A DNA stretch of 64,000 nt, from NCBI GenBank assembly GCA_002633005.1, contig NMRA01000560.1, positions 62,001 through 126,000 of the forward strand. The letters are read 5' to 3'. Origin of the DNA: Phoronis australis. Its lineage: Eukaryota; Animalia; Phoronida. Shown one piece after another: positions 49,846 through 64,000 of the stretch. The notes under the pieces were generated by a model. It did no database searches. It was not told where the DNA came from and saw only the letters and a program-made list of their open reading frames with translations. The number at the start of each line of letters is the position of its first letter. Positions within the stretch are counted from its first letter, which is position 1. The translations under genes were made by a program, and so were the position numbers.

Positions 49846-52800
49846 GGGGCTATTCGGAGAATTCTCCACGCTGTGTCGCTGCTGTACTAGTGGTGATTGA
49901 ATTGCGCATGCGTGGCTGTCTGCATGTAAACAACTGGTAAAATATGGAATTTTTATCAAAATACGTCGTCGCGCTAAGCCTTATTACTGCTAATTCCCTT
50001 GGTGCAAGTCTTCGACAGGTGGCCACAAATTCCCAAAAGACCTAAGGTTACTATATTCGTGGACAGTTGCGGTCAACAGGGTCAACTAACTGACAAAAAA
50101 GTGTGTGGATGTTGAAGCCCCGTGTGTGCTCTATGACTATGAAGTTCCATTCGGAGACTACACAACATTACTTGGTAAGTTTTTAGCAATCAGTTTCTAT
50201 CAACATCGTTCGGTGATGTTATCCCCACCAGTTACCCCACTGAGAAACAGGTTTATTGAGTGGAACTAAGTGTTTCTTTTTAGAAACTCACCCGATGCCG
50301 GGTAGGCTAACAGCACAAATTCATATTGTCCTGGGTGGGAGAGCTCCCCAACAAAATAAGAGGTGTATGGTACGTGATGCACAGAAGTCAAGAGTGACTT
50401 TTTCACAGCAGTCTCTCTTCAAAACTATGCTGTTTCCAATAAAATTCTCTAGATGAGTGAGTTTCCTTATTTTATCGTGGACCCCACCCCCAGGACCACC
50501 AGCTCAGTTACCGAATTAACATGAATAAGCCTTAATTCAGTAAATGTAACATTGCATTTGAAAAAAATTGCTTGTTGAGATCAGAAGCACATTTTAAGTG
50601 TCATGAAAAATACACATTGTTAAATCACTTTTAGCCTGTTTCACATATTTTAATTCAGATATTAAATAAGACTTGGGTACAAAGGTTATTAGTTTCTACA
50701 CATAAACATGAAGATGAAATATCAAGTATGTTCTGCCTTACAAATGTAGTTTTGTCTTGTCTTTTCTTTTACAATTTGCTAATATTTCTATTCTGTTACA
50801 GGCGAGAAAAAAACAACTGAAACCAACCGCCTGACCATCTATTTCACCGTTGGACAAAGTGAAAAGCAATCCTTCAGCAATAACCTGAGAGAATTTAACG
50901 TAATTCAGAAATTCAGCACCTGATATGCCTGATTATGGACTCCCTCGCAATGTTGTTCCTTTCTGTGCTTTTTCAGTTTGCCATTTGTTTTTAAATACAC
51001 TGATAATTGTTTATTCTCGAATCTTGTGCATAGCAGATTCTTATCCAGCTAGCTTCATTTGAAAACATACAATAAGACAATCGATGCAGTCACTGAATGT
51101 CATTTCCCCATAATCTGTACCAAATTGAAAGTTTTCACCAATAGTATAAAGCCTTTCTTCTGAAAGGAAAATTTAATGTCACTCAGCTTTTGGCTTTCAT
51201 TTCACTGGGTTCTAGTTTCAATGGCCTATAGAAGCGCTTGTAAAAAAGGTACAGTTTCAACACGTGGCTTTGTTTCATGTAACCTCATTCAGCCTCAATA
51301 ACATCCACAATTAGACCCTTGAAGGTAAACACAGCAGCATATCACTTGAATCGTTTTGAGCCCAAAATCAGACTCTGAACTAGACCAGAGTGTGACTAGG
51401 TCTTCTTTAGCTTCAGTCCCTCATGTTTCTTCCAGGAAAGGAAATAAGCTATTGTACACACATGACTCATTGCCTATGAAAGGGCATCCTCACCAACAAG
51501 GCTTATTTGTGTAGCAGTCAGATATAGTTCGTCTGGATACACAGACAGTCCACTGGCACATCGTCTTATGGTAACTTAGTACTGTGATTCACATTTCTCC
51601 AAGGCCACTGACTTGCACATTGTGCCATGCAGCACTGCTGGTGTGTGGAAGTGCTGTGGGAAGAGAACGGAGTAACAAAGCTTGTCTATGATACAGCTTG
51701 AAGTGGCCTTAAAATGTCACTGAACCTGGAACAAATATTGAAATATGAATAATTAAGTACTCCAGATTGGATCAAAAATGTTATCCCTGTTTTTCAAAAA
51801 TATATGGTGATTGGTCTACAGTTTCACATAAAAGTAAATAATTACTATTTTCAGAAACCAAGGGTGTATATAATGAGTATTGCATAAAACTGTGTCTTTA
51901 TTTTTTATCCCTAGCCATAACAATTCTTTAAACGCATCACTTGTCTGTAAAATATACAAGTTTTTTGAGACAACTTCAAACCTTTGTTACCCATTTTCAA
52001 GCCTTTTTAATTTTGATACTTTCAGCAATTTTAAACTCAGATTACAGGTTCATGGGTCTGTCAAGCATACTTCTAGCCTAAGGTTGAGGGAACCGTTTTT
52101 CTTCTAATAGAAGATATGAAGACTTGGGTCATTTAAAAATGATGGATAATCTTTCTGTTGTTTAAGAGTAATTACAAATCGTAAGGCACCATCAAAAATG
52201 CAATTTTCACAAAAATGGCAGTCATTTGAATTTATAACGACTTGCAACATTTCAAGGCATGAGTTAAGACTATTCAGTCACTGTGAATTCGGAAAATGTA
52301 ATATATTTTCGTGGTTTTACAATTGATACAAGTAGCAAAACAGTTTAATGAAATCAACTTGAAGGGACTTCGTGAAGGTTAAGAATTACCTCACCATGCT
52401 CTTTTCCCCAAACATGTATTACCTGTTATTTCCACACATTCAGTTGTACCAAATATTACAACCCCCCATGCCAATCCCCCCTCAAAGGACCTGAATAAGT
52501 AATTTAACAAAATGACTTTAAAAATAGCTGTTCCTTTTCAAAGGCTTTGTTCGTTGTCTCCAATATTGAAAGTAGGCTTTGACAACAGATCTGCACTGGA
52601 TGGGAAGATCTTGTTGGTTAGCTGCAGTCAAATGCTAAAAACCAATTTTTGTCCATTCAGGGACGGTGCAGAAGCGATGCATATCTCCTCTGCACGGTAC
52701 AAGCCTTCAAACCTAAAAACCAAAGGTTACGTGAAAACTGACGTGATAGATTTCCATTTCAACGTGTAATAGATTTCCAGAAGACATATGATAGGGAGTA

Positions 52801-53341
52801 AACAAATAGTCTAATGCAATGGATATTTATCACTCACGTACCCTTTGCCATTGGGATTGGATTGTAATCTTAACTCATTAACCTGTATCGAGTTGACAGC
52901 ATAAACATTCAGCATTGATTGATGTAACTGTCACTGATAAACTTTTAGAAATCATTCCAAACAATAATAATGCTTTGATGTACGAAAAGATCCCGATTGC
53001 TACGTCAAGTATCGTATCACATATCACAACATACAAAGATTAACCAGACTCTGGCTGGCGACTGACTGCCGCGAAGTCGACATCGGCGAGTGCCTCAGTT
53101 AACAGGCATCGGTAGAATAATCATGGAATAATCGTTAAAATAATCACAAACCTTACCTTTGTATGAGGTCGTGCTTACTTCCTCTCATAGAAGCACTCTT
53201 TTTACGCAATCTCAGATTTAGTTGGCACGGCTGCAAGCCATTTCACCATGTATTTAAATGGCTCGCGAAATCGAGGCTGTTAATCTATCACCACTAGTAC
53301 ACGCACGCCCTCTAGTTATTGTAGATTTTCCGAATAGCCCC
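49846..53341 (-). mobile_element. ISL2EU-like transposon copy E (complete, 3496 bp)
   Basis: Both TIRs present; flanks tgaAT / ATtca. Confidence 0.88.
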
Positions 53342-56300
53342 ATTCAGTTGATACGTAACATAAGCAATTTCAAAAATTCGTATTTGCCGACAGCGTGTAA
53401 TCTAAGTAGGTCAGCAGAGCTTGGCGACCAGATATCCGACCCAAGTGACGACCGCAATGGAACACAACTCCATAATACACTGTATGTCCGAATATCAAAC
53501 GCCTGTTGACCTTGTGCACTTGCGGCACTCAGGGTCATGTCATGATGAAAAGTTTACTCGTGGTTAAAAACAGACTTCATGCATCACTTAGCTCAATTAG
53601 TGTTTGCTAACAAGAAATTTATGCGTTTTGCATTAACACATAATTGGCCTGCATTATGTATTTAAGTGTTTAAAACCACCATTTTCCTTGTGTTGACAAA
53701 TGGCTGTTTTGTCAGCATCACTAAACCTTACTTTACGGCACTGCATATCACAATCGAGAATTCCACATTCCAAAAAACGGGAAAATAGAGGAAAGTCGAA
53801 TTCAATGAAAAGCTTTTTTTTGTACCTCCACGAATATGAGTGTTACGTATAAACGTTCCCGGTGCCAATGTGTTATGACCATCAACACGCGAGTTTCTTG
53901 TACAAACTTATACCATATCCCGCTTCTCGGCGTCACGCGAGAAAGAGAAAAGAGCCACAGCTTGGTCAAGCACTAAGTTGTCACTGACAACCACCATAAA
54001 TAAACACCTCGCCATACCTTTTCATATCAGGAAAACGAGCGGTTGACAACTTTTCGCACCGAACACAATCGATGATTACCAGTGCTGTTATCCTGAATTT
54101 ATGTAGCATGTAGCGACCAATAATTGCTTATAACTCGAGATCAGCTAATTAACATATCGCCGGATAGTGTTTGCAGGTGTTCTAATTTGACAGCTGGTCA
54201 ACTGATTTGTTTTTGATATGAAATTGGTGATTTTAGCGCTTTAACACATTGGCTTGTAATTAACGAATAGCCAACAATAACCAAACGCAGTTCATACAAA
54301 TACACGTAAAGATGGCTTCAATGTTTTTCAGTCATTTACAAGAACACATTACTAACAAAAATATCCCAAATTACAAATTTTGCAGAAAAACAAATAAAAC
54401 AATAAGCTAATAAGCTATGGTATTACACTCATTTCGCGGAATTCACTTATGCAACCACCTCACTTGGAGCAAACGTGTTCAAGAAGTATAAAAAATAGCA
54501 AAAACATGTGGAAATTTATCGTCGCACTTTTTCCCTCATAAGCCATTATTAAAATCTCTGAACCTTCTGTCTGTTGACGACTTGTTCATACTGTCCTTTT
54601 TTTAAATTAGTATATAAATCATCTAATCCTCTGCCGCCAATCCTTTCGGGTTTTCCAGCAATTACAAACACCTCCTGGAGGTAGTACACTCCAACCCTTT
54701 AATTACAGATGTTCCAATTTTACGTCCCGTAATGCTGTATCAATTAACAGGTTCAAATGTATCCGCACCCACATTACCTTATAAACAACAAGTTAACGCC
54801 CCGCAATATCTATGCCAATTTACATGTCCAAGTGCACCTGCACATTCCTTCATTTCTTATGAACAACAATTTTCTGCAAATATCCGGTACGCTATAGTTA
54901 AAATTCACACTCACTCAAGTGTTGATGTTAGTTAGTTACTCTGAATAGTGCGAAATACAATATTGTCTCATATGAATTACTTATTTGTAATTATGTATTG
55001 TAGATATGTTCAATTAGGACTTTCATTTCTTTATAAACCACTAAAATGTAAGAGTATCATCTGTTTTCTGCTCCTAATTTCCAAGCAATTGAGAAAATGG
55101 ATTATTCCATACATGTGTTCAGTAGGAAATCTCCGACAATTTGACATAAATCGTAGGAATTGTCCTACGGTAATAGAACATGGTTTAAAAAGTACTAGTC
55201 AGAAAGAGAAAGTAAAATGGAAATATGCCCTAAATCGAAAATCAGGAAATAGATAGTGTCACAAACTTGGCTCGAATTTTCCCTTGCCACGACAGCAATA
55301 GATAAAAGAGATGGATGGTCACGTGAGTATATGATAAGCAAATTGTATGATCATGCGACTATATGATAAGCAAATTGTTACTGCGTAAATGAGAAATGCA
55401 TTTTATATATGTTTGCGTGTGCTTGTGCTCGTGTATGCGTGTATGTGTGCGCACGCGCGTGAATGTGCCTGTGTCTTAGTTTAACTCTCCAATTTTTCAA
55501 TTTAGGATTGGTACCCTGTATTCACCAGGCCTGACTGTTCAGGTCCCGTGCTCAGATTCCGTAGATATTTTGTTCCACGCGCTAACTACAATTTCACTTA
55601 TAGATTTCCAGGTAGTGTGGATCAGGCGGTTGGTAGCAATACCGTGGGTTTACAAGTTAATTGAAATATGTTTGTACACCAGTCTTTAGCAACCGTGATA
55701 ACTCGATTAGAAACACGATTGCAAGCCCATCATTTATCCGGGTTCTACCCGGTTTGTTGTCAATCTGAATAAATTAAGTTCTGGCGAATTTCAGTTCTTG
55801 AGAAAGATCGTTCAGTCGTGCGTGAGGCGTTATATGACATATGTCGAGGAGAATATGAATTAGGCGTAACACCTGGAACAATAACTGGCGTGCAATTGGC
55901 GCGTCACCACGCAGATGCCATGTCAAATGCTTGATCTATTTGAAAAATTACTTCTTCATTACACCTTGCAGTGAATTTCTAATAATTTAAACTTTGGATA
56001 AAATTACTGGTACCTGCACCGCGACAATAGTATATAGGCGCGCATAATTACCCTAGTACACGAAAACAGGCGATTAGTAAGCACTTGTGCGCTCGTGCAG
56101 ACGATGCAACGCAATTTAAATGTAGGCCTGGCGGCGTCATCATAATTGTAGCTCCTGAGATGACCAATAAAGACCAACAGAGGAACTTGGATAAAATTGT
56201 TAAAAGGTTGGATATTTTTGTCAATCAGTATAAAATTGCAAAACTTAGTAAGCCCGAGAACAATTTTCGTTCTCGCGAAGTGACGGTTTGTAGTTGAAGT

Positions 56301-59300
56301 CAGGCCTGAGTTGGCTAAATGGAAACACTTATGTTAAGTGATGAGAAACAAAATCTGATACCAGGAAACCAATGTTCACCACCACTGTAACAAGCGAAAT
56401 TCATGCAGCTGTATCCGATCCACGCGGTTAGAAGTCCGTTTATGGCCACTGCACAACAACGGCAGTCACCAAGCGCCATCTGTGAGCGCCCGTACAAACG
56501 ATAAGTACAAGCAGAATGACAAGGGGATGCCATGGGTCACTGCCGCATTACCACAGATGAACTATTAATAAGGATCATTGAGAGCTCAGCCTTGAGTGAC
56601 TTACAGGGAGTGTGAAGCCGACATAGTTCCCCGAGACGTTTCCGTGTTTTGACGCAACGCAGACATTTGGCAGATGGGCTTGGAATACACTGTGAAGGAA
56701 CAGTAAACGAATTTGTTAAGGAACTCAGTCGAGTTCATTTGCGGACGGATGGCTCAGCTGGGCTATTTTTAGCTTTGACTTGGTGAGCATCCGACTTTTT
56801 ACTTAGGACTGTGAACTTAAGACGTTGGTGGAGTACAGCTATGCATTGCATGTAGAACTTCCGTGGATCATGGGACAGTTGGTAAGTACATTGAATTATG
56901 CCGATGTGCTACTAACTCGTGTGAATGACTCACGGCAGGCCAGTAATGGTCTATATGATGTAACGGTCACGCCTATATAGTCGCACGGTGATTACGCTGT
57001 CACAGCTGAAGCCGGTCAAGCGTGATGTTTTCTATCGTGTTTTCTTTAGTAGGCCTGTTTTATTTTGTCCTTTCCGCTCGAAAGCACAGAGTCAACCATC
57101 ACCCGAATAAAAGCGAAAAACCTTCACTGACCACGTAAATAATTATATACTTGGCCGTTGTAACACGGTTTGACGAAGCCCCTTTAACCGAAATCCACGA
57201 GGGTAAACGTTCGAGAATGATGAGTCAGAGTCGAGGTAACCAACATATTTCCTTTAGTTATTAACGACACTTATAACTGTAATAAGATGACTTGCAGAGT
57301 CGTGACCTGGCGCGGCTTTCAATTCGTATTTCTGTCGGTGATGTTTGTCCCCGAGTTCCCATGCGTGGGAGATAAGCGGGGAGGTAGGATATCTTGTACA
57401 GCCAGCTCCATAGCAGAGAATATAGATATATACATATAGATTGACAGACAGGTTATGCGGATCAGGTTGATCGCATAACGAAGACTAGGATAGAAACAGA
57501 AAGGTTTAGGAGTCGCTTTTATGAAGCCCACCATAATTAAAAAGTAATGTAACGAAAGAATAGTGCTAAAGCCAAAATGGCTTGAAAATGAAACATTGTC
57601 AATAAAAATACCCGTTAACAACATGAACTGTAATGTAAAGTCTAATTGCATAAACTAGTTTTAGTGTAGACAAAACAAAGTAATTACAGTTCAATCAACT
57701 GCCACGTGTGAGACTTAAAAATGGGAGATGGCAGAAACAATTAGCGAATGTAATGAAATCCTTAACACGGTTATTAAAAATCCTTCTTATGAACAACTCA
57801 GTAAAGCAATTTGTGTTGCGCATTCTACGTTAGTCCGAGAATCCCTGAAATGCGTTAACTTCTTCTTGAACGGTTAATGGTTATCCAGTGCTGCTAATTA
57901 ACCCTGGAATAAAGTACAGAAGACATTTTTTGGCAATGATTATGTCTGCGGTATTAACGATCTCAATTGAGGGATTGCTGCTGTCTGAAATGAGCTCAGG
58001 TTGTGTGAGACAACTGACCTGTTTTCTGCGTAATTAATCCCAAATAAATGTTTCAAAGATGGAAAGTTCCAGTGGAAGCAAAGTTGTGCAGTCACGTTGG
58101 TACTGTCATTAGCTGGTTTGAAGCTGACAAAATGTTGTATTTCTTCAAACAAAAGAAGGTTTGAGGGTTTTGCGTGAGCAATAAATTTGCTGTGGGGTAT
58201 GTGATTAAGTGTGGGTTTCCACCCACCCAACACGATACCCGGGCGAATCCCATGAGAGAGACGATACTGCACATGCGACGAACCATGAGAGAGCTAAATA
58301 TTCGTCCGCGCCAAAATACTCAGAGAAGCTCCGGTGTGAAATTATAATAGCAGTCACTTAGGCCGCATAACGCGGGAACAATCCTAAACATCTACATAGT
58401 ATTGTACCTGTTAAGTAACAATGAAAATACTCATCAAAAGGTTCAGTTGAAACGAATCTCCTTCAGATGGCCCGGTCCCATACAATTAACGTTACAAGTA
58501 GACGAATTTGTTTGGATATGGAATATTCATTCATCTGGAGCTCCCTTTATGTTTCACCGATGCATTTAATACACTCCATGTATAAAGTGTCGTTCACTGA
58601 TAACTACTCGAACAAGACAAAACACCACAGTGGTTTTTTTAAACCGGTTTAAAGTTGTAACTGTATCAGGGTCATAGCCCTGACGAGCAACTGTAAAAGT
58701 TGTAACTCTTTGTATAGTTGGGAGGATTTTTAAAATTCACATAAATGGATAGATAGATTCAAGTAGTTAAATGTAGAATTATAAAGGTAAATCAAAGTCT
58801 GTTTGTAAAGCATTACTAGTAACTAACAGAAACTACAGCATCTAAGAAAAAGAGATACAAGAGATAAACACTAGAAGGTATAAAATCGAAGTGTTAATAA
58901 TTTTATTCAGTCATATGTTGTATGTCTCTTTTTAAAGTTGTACTCAGACGAATACAACCCAGGTGTAACATTTTCAAGTGTTATTTGTTACGTTATGGTT
59001 ACCGGTCACAATCACACTTATAACTGTTGTAGTGATCCTAGTTCGTGGTTTTAGTCGCTAGTCGTCACTGCTTTGCATTCAGATCCGCGTTATTGCCATT
59101 ATTTTCAACGAGATGTGACAAAAGCGCCACTTTCTGAGTTATGGCTTTTGCAATTGCCGTGTTCACCGACGCCGAATTACAACTGAAAACCCCTCGCTAA
59201 ACCACCCTACAGTTACATGTAGCTTTTAAAATCAATTTTAAAGTATTTAGACCGAGAGTTGTAACCTTTAAATCGATTTTAAAACTTACAACCGCTTTGG

Positions 59301-62300
59301 TGTGAACAGGGTATATGACCAAAGAGATGTTTAATTTGGAAGAAATGACAAGTGACGAGAAGAGAATAAGATTGATGCAAAAGCATCCAGGTATATTGCT
59401 CTCACAGTAATTGATGTAGCTAAATGTAATGCCTGATTTAAGACAATTTGAAATATCCGAGAGTGACTTGCAAATTTTCGAGCAATTTCAGATAAAATTT
59501 ACTGTTGAATATATTTTGTAATAACCTGATTTTTAATTAGTTTTTATTGGTAGTTATTTGAAATATAATTGGTCTCTAACGGGTAGATGTTCTCATTAAA
59601 ATAGGGGCTCTTGAGACAGCTGTCTATGCAGAGCTATTTAATCGTTTGTGCTGGGATTAAAAGATGGGAAATTTTGAAAATAACTGTAAGCAGCGTTGCT
59701 GGTAATATTTTAAAGAAGTTTCAAGCAGACAAAGTTTTTTCTGTCTTCTGTAGTATCCAGAATTCTTACGCCAGAGGGGGTTAAAAAGACCGGAAATATA
59801 CAGGTCACCTACACACCGCGTTGCTGTTATGTTTAACGCTTATCAAATCCGAATGTATTTGAAGGAAAGACAAATCATCTTCTGTCAGGAGGCTTAAACT
59901 TCGACAAATGCCGGTAGGCTTTGTGTGGACATTAATTGTATTGTAGCTTATATGCCGATGTTCACGTTTTTTAATGGTTTTTAGTTTTTTTAATATTATT
60001 TTAATAATCTACGTAGCTTTAAGAAGCCCCACACAGAGATGCCACAATGAAGATGAGGAAAAGTCAATGAACAATAAATATGCGTTAAATTAAAATTTAA
60101 AAGAGAGACATGGATGAAATCTTAATTTTCTTTTTTATGTCAGTCGGTTTGCAAAACAAGAAAATGATATGGGCAAGCGAATTCAGGAAACTGCTCCGCA
60201 TTCCTTTGTTTCGCATTTACGAAATTTTCTGGTGAGATAAAGCATCTAGCAGACCACGGGTGCATGTAGTTTGCACGGAAACTTACATGCATATTCACTA
60301 ATCCGCGGATGTAATGAGAAACAGCGCTCGTCTGCTGCCAAACTTGTACGACCGAAGCTACTCTTTGGAGGTCACGTAACACACAACCACATACCACGAG
60401 CATCTCCCGATTTTTTGAGCTCACAATAGCCACCTTCGCTCTTCATCTTCCTTGACAGAAAATGAAGCATGTGGGGTTTGCCAAATGGTTGTAACAACAC
60501 AGTTTTTGTTGTTTCTTGTCGGGCGTGATGGATTAAAAACAAGCAATCGTCTTTTAAGAGACGAACAAGCTGCGTATGAGTTAAGAAGGGATATCACATG
60601 ACCTATGGTATTTCTATATAAGAACCATTATTGTTTTACTACAAAATTACTTGAAATGAAATGGCTTGTAAAGGCCCGTATTCGGAAGAAACTGAATTTT
60701 TATTAAAGTGCCGTCCACACACACAGAGACTTACCCTGGAACACGCTTCTCCTGGAACGAGTTGTCGCTAGGTTTGAGTGTTGTCTGGACTCTATTTAAA
60801 CTAGCACAACTTACCCCACTTGTGACAACTTACCACTGTAAAATTGGTCTCGACTTATTACTAACACAGATGAGAATTGGTCTTGCAAAGAACGGGCAGT
60901 TCGTCACATTATTGTTGTTCTTCGAGGCAATATTCCGCGAATAAAACGACACACCGTGGCAAGTCGTCTTACAGAGAAAGGTCTGAGGCGAACGATCTGC
61001 CAGTTCTTCCCAAGTCCACAAATCACATGGGGTTTGACAATGGAATAATTTGAGGTCAATTTCGTAACGGTAAGTTCTCAAAATCAAAAAGTTGGTTCAC
61101 CGGTGTTACGTCAACTGAAGCTCGCTTAAAGACCTATTTGGAAACTATTAGTGAATGTGAACACTTCCGACTTCCAAGTGAAACTTTGTCAAAACGTAAA
61201 TTTTTTAAGATAGTCTTCTAACGCTAAACCATAATCTAAATTGTATGCATATTGCATAAAAGTTATCCAAAAAGAATGCAGTTAAAAATTAAAATCGTTG
61301 AGGAGTGATTTGACATTTATCTCAGAAACAGACCGCAGCTAATACTTAGTATGGCCAAGAATATGGCCAAATGGCATCGTTTTAGAGTTATTTTCAAGAC
61401 TGAGGTGGCACTCATCGGTTGTTGCTGATTTTTGGCTTGAAAAAAAAACAGCTCTTGGCAGCTCCAATATTCTGTTCCTCAGGTCTTATAAAACCTGAAA
61501 ATATGAAAGTTCATTTCGCCAAAAACTTCAAAAGCTTTTCACAAAGTCTTTTGAAACTGATAACATACTCAACTCTTTCTTCTTTATGACTTCCACAAGT
61601 TCAGTTTGCTACTTAAAGGCGAACGCGAATACATTAATCGCAGTTTTCACCACAAATGCATGCATTTGCGTAACATTTCGATTCTTAAGAACTGAGCGAC
61701 CGTGCATAAAGACTCCCAAAACTCCCTAGATTACAGAAATCAGTTAAAACATGGTTGTCGACCAGCCAGAATTTTCACAAATCCAAAGAGTGTGACGTGA
61801 ACCCGAATTTCCTGCTCAATTTTAACCTCCCGCTTGCAAGCAGTAAATGTATACTAAAAGCCACCACTGAGAAAAACCGGATCAAGAGGTCAACACCTGG
61901 TAATCTTTCATTCAGAACAGAACAAAAAATCAAGAAAAATGCCATTTGTAGCACAAAAGTTTTCTCAGCCAAACCAGCGGGCGCCAATTTTCAACGCATT
62001 ACCCTAAATTTAGTAATTTCAAAAGGGTAAAATACGTTTTTCCTACTTTAATTAAGATTCTGCGAAGAATTAAGCGTCCATTTAAAGGAAGGAAATCAAT
62101 TTTTCACGAACCTTATTTTAGAAAGCTTTTAGTGATTCTTAAGAAAAATCTGCCCATGAAGTTAGACTTCTAACTTAATCGGGCATTAAACCCTTGATTT
62201 GAACTTTTAGACTGAATTGTTAGTTTTGCGTTCGGGACGAAGGAGATGCTATGACGTCATTGTTCATGCCAATTGTTGTTTTTGTGTTGATGGTGCGACA

Positions 62301-63293
62301 AAATATGTTTTCACAGTTAATGGGATATTTTTCTAATATCTTGAACACAGCGTGCATTTAAGCATTAAAAAGAGCTTGTTTCCGGAGGAGCGCTCTTATT
62401 TTTATCGGTGATTTCCAATAAAAACACTCTATCGGGGCACTCTTTCGGACATTTCCGAAATTAATGCAGGTATAAATTAATATCTAAATCTAAGCTGTCA
62501 TCAGATAAACCCAGACCATTTCACTAAAACCCTTTCAGCTAACTTTGGACACGAATTTATGGTAATGTCGTAGTGTATTTTTTCTATGCCGCAGAAGATT
62601 AAAAATTGTTATGCATTAACTTATCTTATTAATGAAATCTGATCACCTTGGTATGTTTTTTTTCACGCCAATAAGTCTGCAGGTGATTGTCAAAACCTAC
62701 AACCGGATTCGAGCATACTTAACCTTTTGGTAACTCTAAAGATCACACCTTACAGGTGTGTGTTGCTTGGGAATCTGCTCCGTTCACCAAAAATTTCCCA
62801 GCAACCTTTGCGTATATCAAAATGGCGACGACCATCATGCTATTGGGAATCGGAAGTGTGAAGGAAGAGCAAAGCCAGTTAATCGTCTTCCCAAGTTAAT
62901 AATTACGCATTTCTTCTGGTTTAAACACTTAATTCCGTAAGGTTTTCAACCATTAATCTTGTTTCTAGGTCAATATACAGTATTGTCAGTTGAAGCGAGA
63001 GTACATTTTGGGATACCCTGTATTTACTAAACCATCTTTATGATTGAAGTTCCTGTTTGATAATGTTCGGTCACTCTTAGTGATGTGCCTATAATCAAAA
63101 ATCAAAATCTGCATTCATTTTTCTAAACGGAAACTGCCGCGCCATCTTTGAAAACCTTTGTTTTGGTCCATATTTTTGGTGGAACCCACTGTTTTGTTTT
63201 GTTTTTATTACGGTGAGTCATTGTTTCTAACTACATGTAAGTGTGATGAAACCTAGGACCGAATGGAAAGATTTGATCGCCACCGCTAATTTA

Positions 63294-64000
63294 ATTTATT
63301 ATGCGCCCACATATTTATATGTGGACGCATTATGCCGTCATCTCCGTCCGTCCGTCCGGCGTCCGTCCGGCGTCCGTCCGGCGTCCGTCCGGCGTCCGTC
63401 CGGCGTCCGTCCGGCGTCCGTCCGCGTCCGTCCGGCGTCCGACGTCCGCTGCTCTGTCTCCAAACCGATTGACGTATGTTCATGAAATTTTGCACGTGTT
63501 CCTTTCATGGATGGGACGGCATGAGCGAATTTTCGGACGGATCCGACTACCGTTGTGCCCCCTAGTGGCAATTTTAATTTTTTACGTTTACCTCTGTATT
63601 TTCAAAGGTCCTCAACATATTTTCACAAAATTTGGTATTTAGGCATCTATTAGTGAGACGACGTTATCCTCCCGTTTTCGGATAGATTCGACGTAGTTTG
63701 CGCCAACTAGTGGTCATTTTTACTGTTTTCGTGCCTGTTTTTTGGCGTCCACCCCTCTATCAACCAAATCGCTTGAAGCATGATTGTGAAAATTGGCATG
63801 TTATGTTCTTACTATAAAGAGAACGGTTCACGATGATTTTCCGACGACTTCGACTACTGTGGCGCCTCCTAGTGGCAATTTTGTTTTTTTGCGTCTATCG
63901 CATTATCTCCTAAACCGTTTGCAGGATCTTTATTATATTTAGTAAGTGCATTTATATGATGATGACAACGGACAACAACAACTTTCGGACAAAGCTGACT
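63294..64000 (+). mobile_element. HINE/pearl-like element with (CGTC/CCGG)-type microsatellite and ~150-bp internal repeats, running off the window
   Basis: 5' TTATTATGCGCCCACAT..ATGTGGACGCAT hairpin, (GGCGTCCGTCC)n at 63344-63450, and units containing CTAGTGG(C/T).ATTTT at 63562, 63707 and 63869. Confidence 0.65.

Noticed and set aside
55506-55611. Possible exon DWYPVFTRPDCSGP...
   Set aside because: No recognisable domain; splicing it to the SRCR2 exon would create TAG.
56385-57166. Possible solo LTR (TGTAACA...TGTAACA, AATAAA)
   Set aside because: No target-site duplication or partner LTR; boundaries unsupported.
57940-61087. Minus-strand ORFs (110, 97 and 85 aa) as a second gene; GNPHLITY resembles VWD GDPH
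   Set aside because: No consistent domain or exon chain can be built.
63243-63642. Four overlapping R/P/S/V- or G/R/T/D-rich ORFs
   Set aside because: Stop-free translations of the GC-rich microsatellite.

Overview
Intron-rich, repeat-dense eukaryotic DNA, most likely from a marine invertebrate; most entries in the ORF track are spurious. On the + strand, seven phase-compatible exons spread over ~43 kb splice into an uninterrupted ~448-codon reading frame: half F-type lectin (FTL/F5-8C), Kringle, F-type lectin, SRCR, half SRCR. This looks like a mosaic extracellular lectin/scavenger-type protein with both ends unseen. The introns hold transposons. There are five copies of a ~3.5-kb non-autonomous ISL2EU (PHIS)-type DNA transposon (TIR GGGGCTATTCGGA, 2-bp AT duplication in AATT, decayed convergent THAP and SAP/YqaJ-exonuclease genes). 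There is also a tandem and inverted array of Helentron/HINE-like elements that two of these copies entered, one copy carrying a further nested MITE. Other relics include Gypsy (one Gmr1-type), AcademX, Hero and RTE-X elements, SINEs, MITEs and satellites. Across the N gap at 41557-41568 an SRCR exon region appears twice, with and without a transposon insertion, probably two haplotypes. All calls come from manual translation and motif recognition; no database searches were run.
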